Of a stretch of DNA of 64,000 nucleotides, positions 1-10,117 are shown in pieces (positions within the stretch are counted from its first letter, which is position 1; each line of letters begins with the position of its first letter). Origin of the DNA: Candidatus Avigastranaerophilus sp. (GTDB lineage Bacteria; Muiribacteriota; Ozemobacteria; Ozemobacterales; Ozemobacteraceae); NCBI GenBank assembly GCA_045599645.1, contig JAZRWI010000112.1, forward strand, positions 4,566 to 68,565, given 5' to 3'. The notes beneath the pieces are model-generated. The model was not told the origin of the DNA, did not search any database, and saw only the letters and a program-made list of their open reading frames with translations. Both the position numbers and the translations under genes were made by a program.

Positions 1-38
1 CTTTCCGGCTTCCGACTAACGACTTCCGTCTTTCGTCT

Positions 39-2477
39 TCACGCAGGGATGCTGTTGCTATAGAAGCTTTCCCAAACTTCTCTCTCTTCGTTGAGAACAT
101 AGAGAGCAAATTCCATCTTAAGCATCTTTACACAGAAATCGACGGTTACAGCATCCAATTCTTCTGTATCCTCATTAAGATACAGCATCAGAACGCCAAT
201 AAGCCTGTTCTTATCAGTCAACGGGTATGCAATGCAATCATCAATACCATTTTCTGATTTGAAGGTAACCTTATTTTCATAGTTACCCTTAAGCTGCTCA
301 ATAATTCTCTTTTCGATTATATTAAGCTCAAGTTGCTTAGAACGGTCTATTCTAGAGCATACATCTGTTGTTCCATCAGTGTGAATTCTAACAAGCATTG
401 AATCACGCAAAGGAATCAGTTTACTGATTTCATAGAGCAAGCCGCCGAAAGGTCTTACATCATTTGCGAAATCATTGAAAAGCATGGTCTTAACAGAATC
501 AAGCTTATTGTGAATCTTAACCATTTCCTGATGAAGCTCACAGTTCTTTTTCTGAGCCTTGCGATTATTAATAGCTATCTTAATAGCGCCTGCAGCCTGC
601 TTCAGATAATAACTGACCATATCAATGAGATTTTCGGAATTAGCGTCGGTGCCATATTTTTCGAGCATCATCATTCCCAGCAGTTCGTTTTCTTCTTTTA
701 CGGGAACAAAAGCTACCATTCTTCTCAAATCACCGTTACTAACAGCTATTGAAGCTGCTGACTTTTCCGGTCTGAATTCAGCGTTGAAAACGACAGGTCT
801 TCCTTCATTAAGAACCGGATCCAGAGTTTCAGGGTGATTTCTTGGAATATCAAGCAGTCTCGGAGAAACCTTTCTTATATCAAGAATTTCAGATTTCTGA
901 TGTGTAGCATCAGCTGAATTAAAGACATGGAAGCACGAATTTTCGAGACCAAACAGATTCTTTATTTTATTTTCAACCTTGCTGATAAGACCTTCCAATT
1001 CACCGCATGAATTCATCAATTCAGAAACATCATCCAAAATCATCTGGCGATTTTCAAGTTCTACCTTCAACTGGTCATTATGTGCATTTACAGCCGCAAC
1101 CTGATCCATAAGCTCAGAAATCTTATTATTCTGTTCTGAAGCCTCAATGTCCATGTCATTAACCTTGGTATTGAGAACTTCTATTTCAATTGATTTATCA
1201 GACGAAATCTTAACAAGGTCATCCAGTGATTTATGCAGTTCTGCATTTTCCTTTGTCAGCTTTTCAATACTATTGCTGGAATGAGAACATTCTGCTCTTA
1301 AAGTATCTACCAGTTCCTTGCGATTTACTTCCAAGGTCTTTTCCTGGAAACAGAGCATCAATCTGTCATTCCCGTCAAATTCCTTGTAATAGCTGATAGT
1401 CATGTCGTATATATGTTCAGATTTGTCTTTGAATCTGATTTTAACGTCGTTCAGCTTCTTAAAGCCATGCGAAGACATTACAGACTGGGCAGTAAATTCA
1501 TAATTAGCCTTAATAAGGTCAGGAATACATTCAACAATCCCCTTTCCTGTCATGTCTGATGTAAGCAATTCGCTTTCATCGCTCTTTAGGTTTAGAATCT
1601 TACCCTTCTTATCAAGAACTATCCAAGGATTATTCTGTGTTAAGGCAACATGCTTAAAGGAAACAGATGTTGAACGGCTTTCATAGAGAGATTTATCAAG
1701 ATCATCTACCTTATCTTTAAAAGCCTGAGTAAGCTTATGGGAAATCATAGCGAAAGCACCGAGTGAAATCGTGGCTACCATTGTATAGGAAGCAATCCAA
1801 CCATCACAGGAATGCAAATCACCAAATATTGGGCCATAGAACTTTATATGTTCCATAACGCCGTATCTAATAAGCATTGAATTGGTAAACCATCCGCCAC
1901 AGGCAATTACAGCGTAAACAATACCGGCCTTGGTGTTAACAACAGAACCTGCTACAGCTACCGGAATAGCAGCCAGGAAAAACATCGGGCTTTCTGTAGA
2001 ACCGGTATATCTTGTTAAGCAAAGAATCACAGCCAGATCAAAAAGAATCTGGGTGTGCATTATATTATTCAAGGAAAGAGGATTTATTGGGAAATCCTTT
2101 AAGGTTTCAAGAATCATAAGGTAGATAATTGAAGCTACCTTAATCATAACAGTAGGAATACCTGCCAGACCTCTCAAGCCTTTGGTCTTAAAGCTTCCAA
2201 AAAACTGTGAAAGCACCTTAAGCATTACGCGCTTAAGAGTAGCAAGACCCTTGGTAACAGAGAGCTGGCGACCTATCATAGATATATGAAGTGTCAAATA
2301 TAGATTAAACAGTGCTATGGCACAACAAATAATATAGATTGGTTCAAGCTTAAAGCTCATCTTAAAGCCATAAATAAAGGCAAGACAAAAACCAAATATA
2401 ACAGGAATACTCGCCCATCTCAGGGTCACAAGATTGCGAGCTATTTGAAATTCTCTTCTATAAAGATTTATAGACAT
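39..2477 (-). CDS. Polytopic membrane sensor-like protein: N-terminal multi-TM region, central coiled-coil/PAS-like segment, C-terminal GAF-like domain; no recognisable kinase/GGDEF output domain
   Basis: 812-aa ORF; hydrophobic N-terminal ~250 aa with several predicted TM helices; long heptad-rich (E/K/L) middle; C-terminal region resembles GAF small-molecule binding folds. Domain calls by eye only. Confidence 0.5.
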   Translation of the reverse strand: MSINLYRREFQIARNLVTLRWASIPVIFGFCLAFIYGFKMSFKLEPIYIICCAIALFNLYLTLHISMIGRQLSVTKGLATLKRVMLKVLSQFFGSFKTKGLRGLAGIPTVMIKVASIIYLMILETLKDFPINPLSLNNIMHTQILFDLAVILCLTRYTGSTESPMFFLAAIPVAVAGSVVNTKAGIVYAVIACGGWFTNSMLIRYGVMEHIKFYGPIFGDLHSCDGWIASYTMVATISLGAFAMISHKLTQAFKDKVDDLDKSLYESRSTSVSFKHVALTQNNPWIVLDKKGKILNLKSDESELLTSDMTGKGIVECIPDLIKANYEFTAQSVMSSHGFKKLNDVKIRFKDKSEHIYDMTISYYKEFDGNDRLMLCFQEKTLEVNRKELVDTLRAECSHSSNSIEKLTKENAELHKSLDDLVKISSDKSIEIEVLNTKVNDMDIEASEQNNKISELMDQVAAVNAHNDQLKVELENRQMILDDVSELMNSCGELEGLISKVENKIKNLFGLENSCFHVFNSADATHQKSEILDIRKVSPRLLDIPRNHPETLDPVLNEGRPVVFNAEFRPEKSAASIAVSNGDLRRMVAFVPVKEENELLGMMMLEKYGTDANSENLIDMVSYYLKQAAGAIKIAINNRKAQKKNCELHQEMVKIHNKLDSVKTMLFNDFANDVRPFGGLLYEISKLIPLRDSMLVRIHTDGTTDVCSRIDRSKQLELNIIEKRIIEQLKGNYENKVTFKSENGIDDCIAYPLTDKNRLIGVLMLYLNEDTEELDAVTVDFCVKMLKMEFALYVLNEEREVWESFYSNSIPA

Positions 2478-2548
2478 AGCAACTCCTATAGTGCGAAGAA
2501 TCTACACTTCAAGTTGCGGTATCGACAAGAAGAAGAAATTTATTAACG

Positions 2549-2584
2549 AAAAAAAAGCACCGTTTAAACGGTGCTTTCTTTTTA
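2549..2584. terminator. Bidirectional rho-independent terminator hairpin (agcaccgtttaaacggtgct) flanked by A-run and T-run
   Basis: Perfect 8-bp stem with 4-nt loop at 2556-2575, A7 upstream and T-rich downstream. Sits between convergent/adjacent genes ending at 2477 and 2593. Confidence 0.6.
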
Positions 2585-2592
2585 GGCTTTTA

Positions 2593-3858
2593 TCAGCTAT
2601 TTAACCACTGATTGAACTTAGAGAATATATTCTGGCTACCCTGTTTTACAACATCTGTCAGCTTTTCGCCTGTAATGCCAGTGATTATGTTTGCAATATC
2701 ACTCTTGAACTTACCCTGGCTGCTGCTTTCAAACAACATCTTACCGTCATTGATAAGGTCAGTGCAAGCTCTCCAGTCTTCATGAACAGTGTATTTTATC
2801 TTGCAATTCTGCTTGCTGAGCATAGCGTCAATCTGGTCTGCAGGAATAGCCACAGCCTGATCTGCTCTGTTGAGAATCAGGTTTATCTTTTCCTTAGGAT
2901 ACTTCAAGCCTTCCATAACATTTAAACAATCGTGGATAGCTACAGAATTTATTACATCAGGATTCATAACAAGCATAATAAAATCTGAAATATCCAGAGT
3001 ATTGATGGTCATATCATGGAGCAAAGAGTGAGTATCGATGACTATATAATCGAACTGATTCTTGCAGAGAGAAATAATCTTTCTAAGATGACTTGAATCT
3101 ACATTTTCTGACTGTTCTGTTTTCAATGGAGATGGCAACAGGCATATTCCAGAATCATGGTTCAAAATAGCATGCTTAATATCATCGTAGGATTTATAGG
3201 AAGCACTCTCTGTTAAATCTGCAATTGTGTTCTTGGCTTTCAGCTTAAGCATGAAATCAATTCCACCAAACTGCAAATCCAAGTCTATAAGCAAAACTTT
3301 CTTTTTCAGGTATTTTGCAATGCCTGCAGCTACGCTGACAGCAAGTGTTGTCTTCCCGGAACCACCCTTGGGGCTGAAGAAGGATATAATCTTTGCAGAA
3401 AGCTGATTGTTTTCGGTTGCAGCAACAGCAGGAGCAATATTGTCGGCTCTTAGACGCTTAGTCAAAGCAGTCATAATGCGCAAAGCTATGAATGAATTGA
3501 TACGCAGAAGCATATCAAAGTTCTTCTTTTCTATTTCAAGAATTTCGCATTCAGTCTTTGCAATAATGGTGGCATTTCTTGGAAGACCTTCTATTAAAGC
3601 CATTTCACCGAAGAAACAGTTTTCATCAGAAGCTTTAATAATTGACAAAAGCTTTTTAGTTCCGTTTTCGTTCTTTAGAACTTCAACTTCGCCCTTATTC
3701 AGGACATAAAAGGCATCACCAATATCGCCTTCCTTAAAGAACTCTGTGCCAACAGGAATAGTGCCTGTTTCGACAACCTGAGCGATTTTATCAATATCAG
3801 ATTCTTGAAGGCCATTGAACAGGGATATCTTCTTGAGCAATTCTTTAATTTCAGCCAC
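2593..3858 (-). CDS. Cyclic-nucleotide-binding (CAP-family) domain fused to ParA/MinD-type (CpaE/FlhG-like) P-loop ATPase
   Basis: N-terminal cNMP-binding signature FFGEMALIEGLPRNATIIA; C-terminal deviant Walker A FFSPKGGSGKTTLAVSVAAGIA typical of ParA/MinD/CpaE ATPases. Confidence 0.7.
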   Translation of the reverse strand: MAEIKELLKKISLFNGLQESDIDKIAQVVETGTIPVGTEFFKEGDIGDAFYVLNKGEVEVLKNENGTKKLLSIIKASDENCFFGEMALIEGLPRNATIIAKTECEILEIEKKNFDMLLRINSFIALRIMTALTKRLRADNIAPAVAATENNQLSAKIISFFSPKGGSGKTTLAVSVAAGIAKYLKKKVLLIDLDLQFGGIDFMLKLKAKNTIADLTESASYKSYDDIKHAILNHDSGICLLPSPLKTEQSENVDSSHLRKIISLCKNQFDYIVIDTHSLLHDMTINTLDISDFIMLVMNPDVINSVAIHDCLNVMEGLKYPKEKINLILNRADQAVAIPADQIDAMLSKQNCKIKYTVHEDWRACTDLINDGKMLFESSSQGKFKSDIANIITGITGEKLTDVVKQGSQNIFSKFNQWLNS

Positions 3859-3880
3859 GATAATGTCCTCTCATTAAGCC

Positions 3881-4288
3881 TTACTTGCTTTCGTCTACAA
3901 CTTCAGCATCGGAGGTTTTTGCATCAGCGTCATTGCTACCAGTATCTTTAGCTATACCCATAATCTTGTTATAAACCTTTTCCCCTACTTCAGGTGTAAG
4001 GATGCGTTCCCAAACGGTTTCCTTTTCTCTGAGGGAAATGAGCTTAACTTCCTTATCGCTTACAACAAGAAATGCAACTGGTTCGAGAGTAGCACCACCA
4101 CCTGAACCACCGCCAAAATTAGCATCGTTTTTGCCTTGCCCACCACCGGCACCAAAACCAAAAGAAACCTTAGTAACGGGAATAACTGTCCATTTTCCAC
4201 AAACAGTCGGTTCGCCAATAACAGTCTTAGAGTTAATAGCAACCTTCATTTCAGATAATACAGTTTTAATCAAAGCATCGATAGCCAT
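3881..4288 (-). CDS. GerW/YtfJ-family protein (Spore_YtfJ-like)
   Basis: 135 aa; conserved GEP..PV.KVSFGFGAGGG....GGGSGGG...EPVAFLVV pattern characteristic of the YtfJ/GerW family. Confidence 0.7.
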   Translation of the reverse strand: MAIDALIKTVLSEMKVAINSKTVIGEPTVCGKWTVIPVTKVSFGFGAGGGQGKNDANFGGGSGGGATLEPVAFLVVSDKEVKLISLREKETVWERILTPEVGEKVYNKIMGIAKDTGSNDADAKTSDAEVVDESK

Positions 4289-4413
4289 TTCGACATAAAC
4301 CTCCTAGTAGCTTTTCAATTCTACCAAATTATTCTTTATATTCAAAGTACTTTCTTTATTCAGCACATAGTGGGTTAATCCAACTAATAAAGCCATATTT
4401 AACAATAAATTCT

Positions 4414-5598
4414 TTAGTTATTATCAGCCTTTTCAGATTTTTCTTTTGATTTCTTAGCTTTCTTAGCCTTCTTAAACTGATACAGCCAATATATTTCCTT
4501 GTACAGATTCTTTTCAAACAGAAGACAGATCACAGCCCAAATCAGCATATAAGGTCTTATATCAATATGCCATGAAGCTCTGGAATGAATACTGGCCCCC
4601 GGCTTATCGGGGAAAATCGGAACCGGTTCCCAGTTAACCCCATATTGCTTTGCAAATCCAACTGTTGGTGCAAGATATCCGCACATCATACCTGTAAGAT
4701 GATGTTCATCAAGGGAATACTTGATTTTCAAAGACGCATCATGAAATTTGAAACCTTTTTTACCTCTATTCCAAAAACGTTTTACAACAGGCCATAAAGA
4801 GTTCCATTTCTGTCTAACCAGACGTATTTTACCACTTAACTGGTCATATCGCCTGTTGAAATCCTTCTTAAATTTGCGAAGCTTGTTATTCCAATCATTG
4901 CCAGACTTCTTAGCTTCTTCTTTCTTTTCTTCAGCTTCAAGAATATTCTGCAATTCAGCTAACTGTTCCGGGGTCGCTTCAACCTTATATTCTGGTTCTT
5001 CATTTTGAACTTCAGCATCAGATTCTGCTTCATCAGTTTCCGAAGCAACTTCTTTTTCTGTTACAGATTCTTCTTGCTTAGACTCTGAAGCTTCATCATT
5101 GGCAGCAACTTCATCATTAGAAACAACTTCTTCATTGGAAACAGCTTCTTCAGTTGTCTCAGATGCTTCATTCTGTTCTTCATTATCATGAGAATCTTCA
5201 ACAGAGGCAGGAAGATTTTCATCAGGAACCTGTCCTTTAATCTCATTCTTAGTTTCTGATTCTTCCTCAGAAACTTTCTGCTCATCAACAACAGATGGTT
5301 CATATGTCGCAGGCTTTGAAACCTTTCTTACTGTATCACGCTGCAATAGCTTTCTCCATTTAAAGATTTCAAGCCATACATCCTGTGTGTGAACCGTGGC
5401 AATATATCTAATCCTGATAATATTAAATAAATAACTGAACCTGACTTCACCGCGCTGCCCTTTAACAGACGCCCTTCCATGGATAGAAAAATAAAGCGGG
5501 TGAAAAACTGCTATGAGCAAAACAACTAAGGCAAAACTGCCACCAATGATGGCAGCCCACTTAATAATCGCCCATAATATTGCCCAAAAAGCGCTCAT
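4414..5598 (-). CDS. Membrane-anchored protein with long acidic low-complexity linker; tentatively YtfI/DUF2953-like partner of the YtfJ-family gene
   Basis: 394 aa; N-terminal TM helix followed by an IRIRY motif; central E/S/N/V-rich acidic stretch; basic C-terminal tail. DUF2953 assignment is inferred from synteny with ytfJ and weak pattern similarity only. Confidence 0.4.
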   Translation of the reverse strand: MSAFWAILWAIIKWAAIIGGSFALVVLLIAVFHPLYFSIHGRASVKGQRGEVRFSYLFNIIRIRYIATVHTQDVWLEIFKWRKLLQRDTVRKVSKPATYEPSVVDEQKVSEEESETKNEIKGQVPDENLPASVEDSHDNEEQNEASETTEEAVSNEEVVSNDEVAANDEASESKQEESVTEKEVASETDEAESDAEVQNEEPEYKVEATPEQLAELQNILEAEEKKEEAKKSGNDWNNKLRKFKKDFNRRYDQLSGKIRLVRQKWNSLWPVVKRFWNRGKKGFKFHDASLKIKYSLDEHHLTGMMCGYLAPTVGFAKQYGVNWEPVPIFPDKPGASIHSRASWHIDIRPYMLIWAVICLLFEKNLYKEIYWLYQFKKAKKAKKSKEKSEKADNN

Positions 5599-6539
5599 GT
5601 AGTCATTATTTTCTGACCAAGATGCTTAACACCTATTTCAAAGCTCTTTTCCGGTCCGAAAACCTCACCATCCAATTCATACATGGTTGGCTTCGAAGCC
5701 GTTACTTTAAAGCTATGACCAGTTAATTTCAAAGCAACTTCATCAGGAAAGCTTCCTTTTCCATATGCATATTTTACTAGTTTCAATAAAGATAGCAAAT
5801 TAAATTTTTTAAGCAGCACAAGGTTCATTATTCCATCATCATGGCGAGCTTCAGGATCAAAATATAATTCTCCGCCGTATCTTCGCATATTTGGGAATAT
5901 AGCAAAATCACCCTCTACTACTTTTCCATCTTCGCATTCAATCGTAAGTCTGGCAGGTTTATACGTCAGAATTGTCTTTACTGCCGCAACACCATATGCA
6001 GCCTGCCCCAAATAGGTTTTCAATTTCTTTGAAACAGCATCAGCACATACAGCATCAAAGCCTATTCCACAAACAAAAGCGAATTTTTTATCATTACAGA
6101 TTCCAAGGTCTATCGTCTGAACAGCACCAGTAAGCAAAAGCTTGAACGCATCACGTATCCTTGAAGGTAAACCAAGCTCTCTTGCAACCACATTGGCTGT
6201 GCCGGTAGGAATCAACCCCAAAACAGCATCTTCAGCCATTTCATTTAAAGCAAGATTCAAAGTTCCGTCACCACCGGCAACGGCTAACAATGTTTTTGGA
6301 TCTGAAGAAAAGGCTTTAACTTTTTTAATAAAATCATCAATACCAGTTGTATAAATAAGCTCACAAGGCCTGAATTTGCAGAGATGCTCACATGCACTTT
6401 TCAGCCCGGCCTCATCTATATGCTTTGACTTTGCCATTGAATTTATTAAAACAACTGTCTTTTCGAACATACTTAGTCCTACCTCTAATGAGCTAATATA
6501 TCTATGTTTTCTGTAATTATCAATAATATTTTTACCCAA
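5595..6539 (-). CDS. YegS/DagK/BmrU-family lipid kinase (diacylglycerol kinase catalytic domain)
   Basis: GGDGT motif (LLAVAGGDGTLNLALNEM); a DAGK_cat-like N-terminus begins at the internal Met MFEKTVVLIN (alternative start near 6470 with GAGGTAGG upstream). 4-bp overlap with the upstream gene. Confidence 0.7.
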   Translation of the reverse strand: MGKNIIDNYRKHRYISSLEVGLSMFEKTVVLINSMAKSKHIDEAGLKSACEHLCKFRPCELIYTTGIDDFIKKVKAFSSDPKTLLAVAGGDGTLNLALNEMAEDAVLGLIPTGTANVVARELGLPSRIRDAFKLLLTGAVQTIDLGICNDKKFAFVCGIGFDAVCADAVSKKLKTYLGQAAYGVAAVKTILTYKPARLTIECEDGKVVEGDFAIFPNMRRYGGELYFDPEARHDDGIMNLVLLKKFNLLSLLKLVKYAYGKGSFPDEVALKLTGHSFKVTASKPTMYELDGEVFGPEKSFEIGVKHLGQKIMTT

Positions 6540-7754
6540 TCAGGCCACTGCGGTTTGTAATATTACTTTAACGGCCTCAGGTGTTATGCTTCGATTTTCT
6601 CCCAGCTTGACCATTTTATGGGAAGCTAGCTGCTTAACGATTTTTTCTATATCCTTATTGTTTATTCCATAATCCTTGAGGCTTGTCTTAAAACCTAGCA
6701 TTTCAAAGAATTCATTAGTCTTTTTAAGAGCTAGTTCCACACATTTATCCTCTGAAAAACCATAAATATCCCACACACGCCTTCCATACTGCAAAAGCTT
6801 TTCTTTTTTAGCTTCCCTGCAATAATTCAAATATGGAGGAACTACTACAGCAAGGGCTCTTGCATGGTGAATGCCTATTAATGAAGTTATTTCATGGCTT
6901 ATCATATGAGAAGCCCAATCCATCGGAACACCAGCCCTTAGAAAACCATTCATTGCCATAACTGCAGAAAGCATGATATTCGAACGTGCCTCATAATTAT
7001 CTGGTTCCTTCAATACAACAGGCGCTTCTTCAATTAATGTCTGAAGAATACCTTCTGCAAATCTATCCTGAAGCTTTCCATTTGCAGGAATAGTCAGATA
7101 TTGCTCCAAAACATGAACAAAGATATCAAGAATCCCGTTGGTAGTCTGTTCGACAGGCAAAGTAAAGGTTAATTCAGGATCTAAAACAGAGAATTGAGGA
7201 TAGACACATAGATTCCCCATTGGTAGCTTTGCTTTTTTCGAAGCTCTGGAAATAACAGCATCCCTGTTAACTTCAGAACCAGATGCAGGTAATGTAACAA
7301 TTGTTGCTATTGGCAAAGCAGCTTTGGCACATGCGCCAAAGGTTTCTGCAATATTCCATGGTTCACCATCATACATGGCCGCCATGGCTATAAACTTAGC
7401 AGCATCAATGACAGAACCGCCACCTGCCGCGAGTAAGTAATCAACCTTATTTTTATTGGCTAATTCAATGGCTTCAAGTAATATTTTATATTCCGGGTCA
7501 GGGCCGATTCCGGAAAATTCACAAATTATCCTGCTTCCCAATAAAGCTTTTATTTTTTCATAAACTCCATTTGATTTTAAGCTATTACAGCCATAAACAA
7601 GCATTATACGCTTATCATCCGGAATTTCTCTTTTTATTGCCCCTGTTGCTCCACGGCCAAAAATAATCTTCGTAGGCGTCTGCAGGGTAAAATTCTTAAT
7701 CATAATTGTTTTTGTGGTTAAGCGCAGAATTTCTGCACTTAACCTGCTTATCAA
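6540..7754 (-). CDS. Iron-containing (group III) alcohol dehydrogenase family protein
   Basis: Fe-ADH glycine-rich NAD motif LLAAGGGSVIDAAKFIA and conserved His-rich C-terminal half. Probable true start at MIKNFTLQTPTKIIFGRG (about 7706). Confidence 0.75.
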   Translation of the reverse strand: MISRLSAEILRLTTKTIMIKNFTLQTPTKIIFGRGATGAIKREIPDDKRIMLVYGCNSLKSNGVYEKIKALLGSRIICEFSGIGPDPEYKILLEAIELANKNKVDYLLAAGGGSVIDAAKFIAMAAMYDGEPWNIAETFGACAKAALPIATIVTLPASGSEVNRDAVISRASKKAKLPMGNLCVYPQFSVLDPELTFTLPVEQTTNGILDIFVHVLEQYLTIPANGKLQDRFAEGILQTLIEEAPVVLKEPDNYEARSNIMLSAVMAMNGFLRAGVPMDWASHMISHEITSLIGIHHARALAVVVPPYLNYCREAKKEKLLQYGRRVWDIYGFSEDKCVELALKKTNEFFEMLGFKTSLKDYGINNKDIEKIVKQLASHKMVKLGENRSITPEAVKVILQTAVA

Positions 7755-9796
7755 TAATTCTTAGATTCTTTGATTACTGCTTTCGCCATTCTGTAGAGGG
7801 TAAGACGTTCTTCAGTCAGTAAACGTTTAAGATTGTCTTCTGACATGCCCATCTTCTTTGCTACATAACGCAGCATTTCTATTTCGCTCTTGGCAATCTT
7901 GCCATCAGCATAAGCAACCCTGATAATGGCACGCATTAATTCTTCATCTGCTGGTAATTCAGTAGACATAATTACATAATCTACAGGCGAATTCTGAGTC
8001 CTGATTTCAGTAATAATACTATCAATCTTTTCTCTGCTCATACCACGACGAACACCAACATCATAAATCAAAGAGATTTCGTTTGAATCAATCTGACCAT
8101 CTGCCAGCATCATAGCAATCATCCACTTAACCATGGTCAAAGCAGAAACAGAGTTCATGCTGCTGGAATAATCGCTAACGGTGTAATTACGTCTAATGCC
8201 ACCAGACTTGGCTGCTGCTGCACCAGCCTTATTGGCACGATAAGCATTATCGGCTTCCTTTACAAGCATCAAAGCCTTTGTAATATTAGCGTCATATTGA
8301 TCAACAACAGCTTCAAGAGTCCAATCCTTTGCACCGTCATTCATTACATTGCCGCAATATTCACAGCTATTTGCCAGGGAATCGCTTTCAGGTGCGCCGC
8401 AGAACGGACAATGACCACTGACAAGTGTAGTTTTTGAATCAGACCTTACACCGTGCTTTCTTCTAAGAACAAATACATTCTTCTGGTTAACAGAACCAAA
8501 GCCAGAAGTTATTTCATTGTTAGATTTTTTCTTAGAAGGCTTTCCACTCCAGGTCACTCTTGCAAAAACATAATCGTCAACTTTACTGCTGTCAGCATCA
8601 ACTGCAATTAATTGTATAGCGCCAATAGCACAATCTGCGTAGAACTTTCTAGAACCTGATTCATCTGGAGCATACCATTTTTTCTGTGCTTCACAATATT
8701 CATCGCAGGCGATTTTGCGCATAGGATCAATCTTACCGATACGTTCTGCTTCATTTTTGCGCCAGAACATCAAAGAAACACGGTCTTCAATATGCTGAAC
8801 ATTGAAATACGGGTCAACTTCAAGATATCTCTTTACGCCAGGAATAGATGCATTTGTTCCCTTAGACCATTCACAAGCCTGAGTGATATTTGCAAGAACC
8901 CAGTCGTGCTCACCTGAACGCAATATTGAACCGCATGAAGTACACTTAGCATGTCTTCCCATGCTTATAGGAGCACCACAGTTTGGACAAAAACCTTCAA
9001 CCAGGCCGGGCTTACCAAGGGTTTTGGTTCCTGTCCTGCGAATAAATGTCCAGACTTCTGAAAATGCTGTTCTGGCTCTATCGCCTTCAATATAAGCCTT
9101 TGTCTTTTCATTAGCTCGATAGTTCTTGGCAGTAGCTGTTATACCAAGGAATATAGAATCAAAATTATTATCGGACTCAAAGCCTAATAAAAATGTAGAA
9201 TCTATGGTCATGTCTTCCATGATATCTACAATATGCTTTTCCTTATATTCATTTATCTGAATAAGGAATTGTTCATAGGTTCCGTCAGCCAGAAAAGCTT
9301 CGGCTTTTCGCAAATCACGTTCACACCAGGCTTTCTGAACAATATTGAAAGCCTTCTTCATTCTTTCATAGAAATCAATTTCATTGAAAGCAGGATCTTT
9401 GGCCTTTATTTTAGATAAAGCAACCTGCTCAGCAACACCAGGATAAAGACTGTTACCCTTTTGTATTGTATGAGAGACATACTTATTGTCGCCATATTTA
9501 TATATAGCCCACAATACAACTAATATTATTATGGTTAGCGGAATACCTTGTTCAGGTCTTCTAATACACAAATCGAACAGATTTGCTACCAACCTGACTA
9601 ATATGACAACGTCGATACTGCCACCGCCGCCACTGCCGCCACCACCACTGTAGCCATGACCGCCACCAGCTCTGGCATCAGCTGTTTCACAAACAAATAG
9701 CATCATCCCAAGAACGAGATAAAGCATTAATGAAAAGCTTAATACTTTACAGAATTTATTTTTGCCAGACATATATCCTCCGGTGGCTAATAACAC
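7751..9796 (-). CDS. Membrane-anchored multidomain protein with Gly-rich segment, two zinc-ribbon motifs and C-terminal tandem TerB-like domains
   Basis: N-terminal signal/TM; GGGHGYSGGGGSGGGGS; CPNCGAP...CTSCG and CPFCGAP...CEYCG zinc ribbons; C-terminal MIAMMLADGQID / AYADGKIAKSEIEML repeats typical of the TerB fold. Confidence 0.55.
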   Translation of the reverse strand: MLLATGGYMSGKNKFCKVLSFSLMLYLVLGMMLFVCETADARAGGGHGYSGGGGSGGGGSIDVVILVRLVANLFDLCIRRPEQGIPLTIIILVVLWAIYKYGDNKYVSHTIQKGNSLYPGVAEQVALSKIKAKDPAFNEIDFYERMKKAFNIVQKAWCERDLRKAEAFLADGTYEQFLIQINEYKEKHIVDIMEDMTIDSTFLLGFESDNNFDSIFLGITATAKNYRANEKTKAYIEGDRARTAFSEVWTFIRRTGTKTLGKPGLVEGFCPNCGAPISMGRHAKCTSCGSILRSGEHDWVLANITQACEWSKGTNASIPGVKRYLEVDPYFNVQHIEDRVSLMFWRKNEAERIGKIDPMRKIACDEYCEAQKKWYAPDESGSRKFYADCAIGAIQLIAVDADSSKVDDYVFARVTWSGKPSKKKSNNEITSGFGSVNQKNVFVLRRKHGVRSDSKTTLVSGHCPFCGAPESDSLANSCEYCGNVMNDGAKDWTLEAVVDQYDANITKALMLVKEADNAYRANKAGAAAAKSGGIRRNYTVSDYSSSMNSVSALTMVKWMIAMMLADGQIDSNEISLIYDVGVRRGMSREKIDSIITEIRTQNSPVDYVIMSTELPADEELMRAIIRVAYADGKIAKSEIEMLRYVAKKMGMSEDNLKRLLTEERLTLYRMAKAVIKESKNY

Positions 9797-10056
9797 TTAA
9801 CTAAATATTAACAATTTTAATGTTCATTGTAAAGTATGATAACAAGAAACAACTAAGGTTATAACAAAGGAATATTCGGCATTAACTGTAGCTTTTAGAT
9901 AAAAATTATCTATTATAAGCAGTTAATATGCCGTATTTTTCGCAAGGCACGGCGTAAAGATTTTTTTACCCTTTGCAAATCCGTTGTTTATAGACCTTTA
10001 CGAAGCACCCACCCATACCATTTTTCTGAAAATATGAATTTTAGTATATTTTCCAC

Positions 10057-10085
10057 TTGTCATATTATCAAGATATATGTATAAT
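10057..10085 (+). promoter_or_regulatory. Consensus sigma70-type promoter for HU gene: TTGTCA -17 bp- TATAAT
   Basis: ttgtca at 10057-10062, 17-nt spacer, tataat at 10080-10085. A perfect AGGAGG RBS lies at 10106-10111 and GTG at 10118. Confidence 0.5.
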
Positions 10086-10117
10086 CGAATTTGACCAAAT
10101 TTTGTAGGAGGGTTCAA

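Noticed and set aside
510-2124. Plus-strand ORFs (510-752, 625-837, 1930-2124) inside the 812-aa minus-strand gene
   Set aside because: Short, antisense to a long well-supported ORF, with no RBS or motifs. Treated as spurious.
4900-5300. Repetitive-looking DNA (ttcttca / gaaac motifs) considered as a possible tandem repeat or CRISPR-like array
   Set aside because: The periodicity reflects codons for an E/S/N/V-rich acidic linker inside the 394-aa ORF. No repeat-spacer structure is present.
9600-9665. GGT/GGC-rich stretch considered as a simple-sequence repeat
   Set aside because: It encodes the Gly-rich GGGHGYSGGGGSGGGGS segment of the 681-aa protein, in frame.
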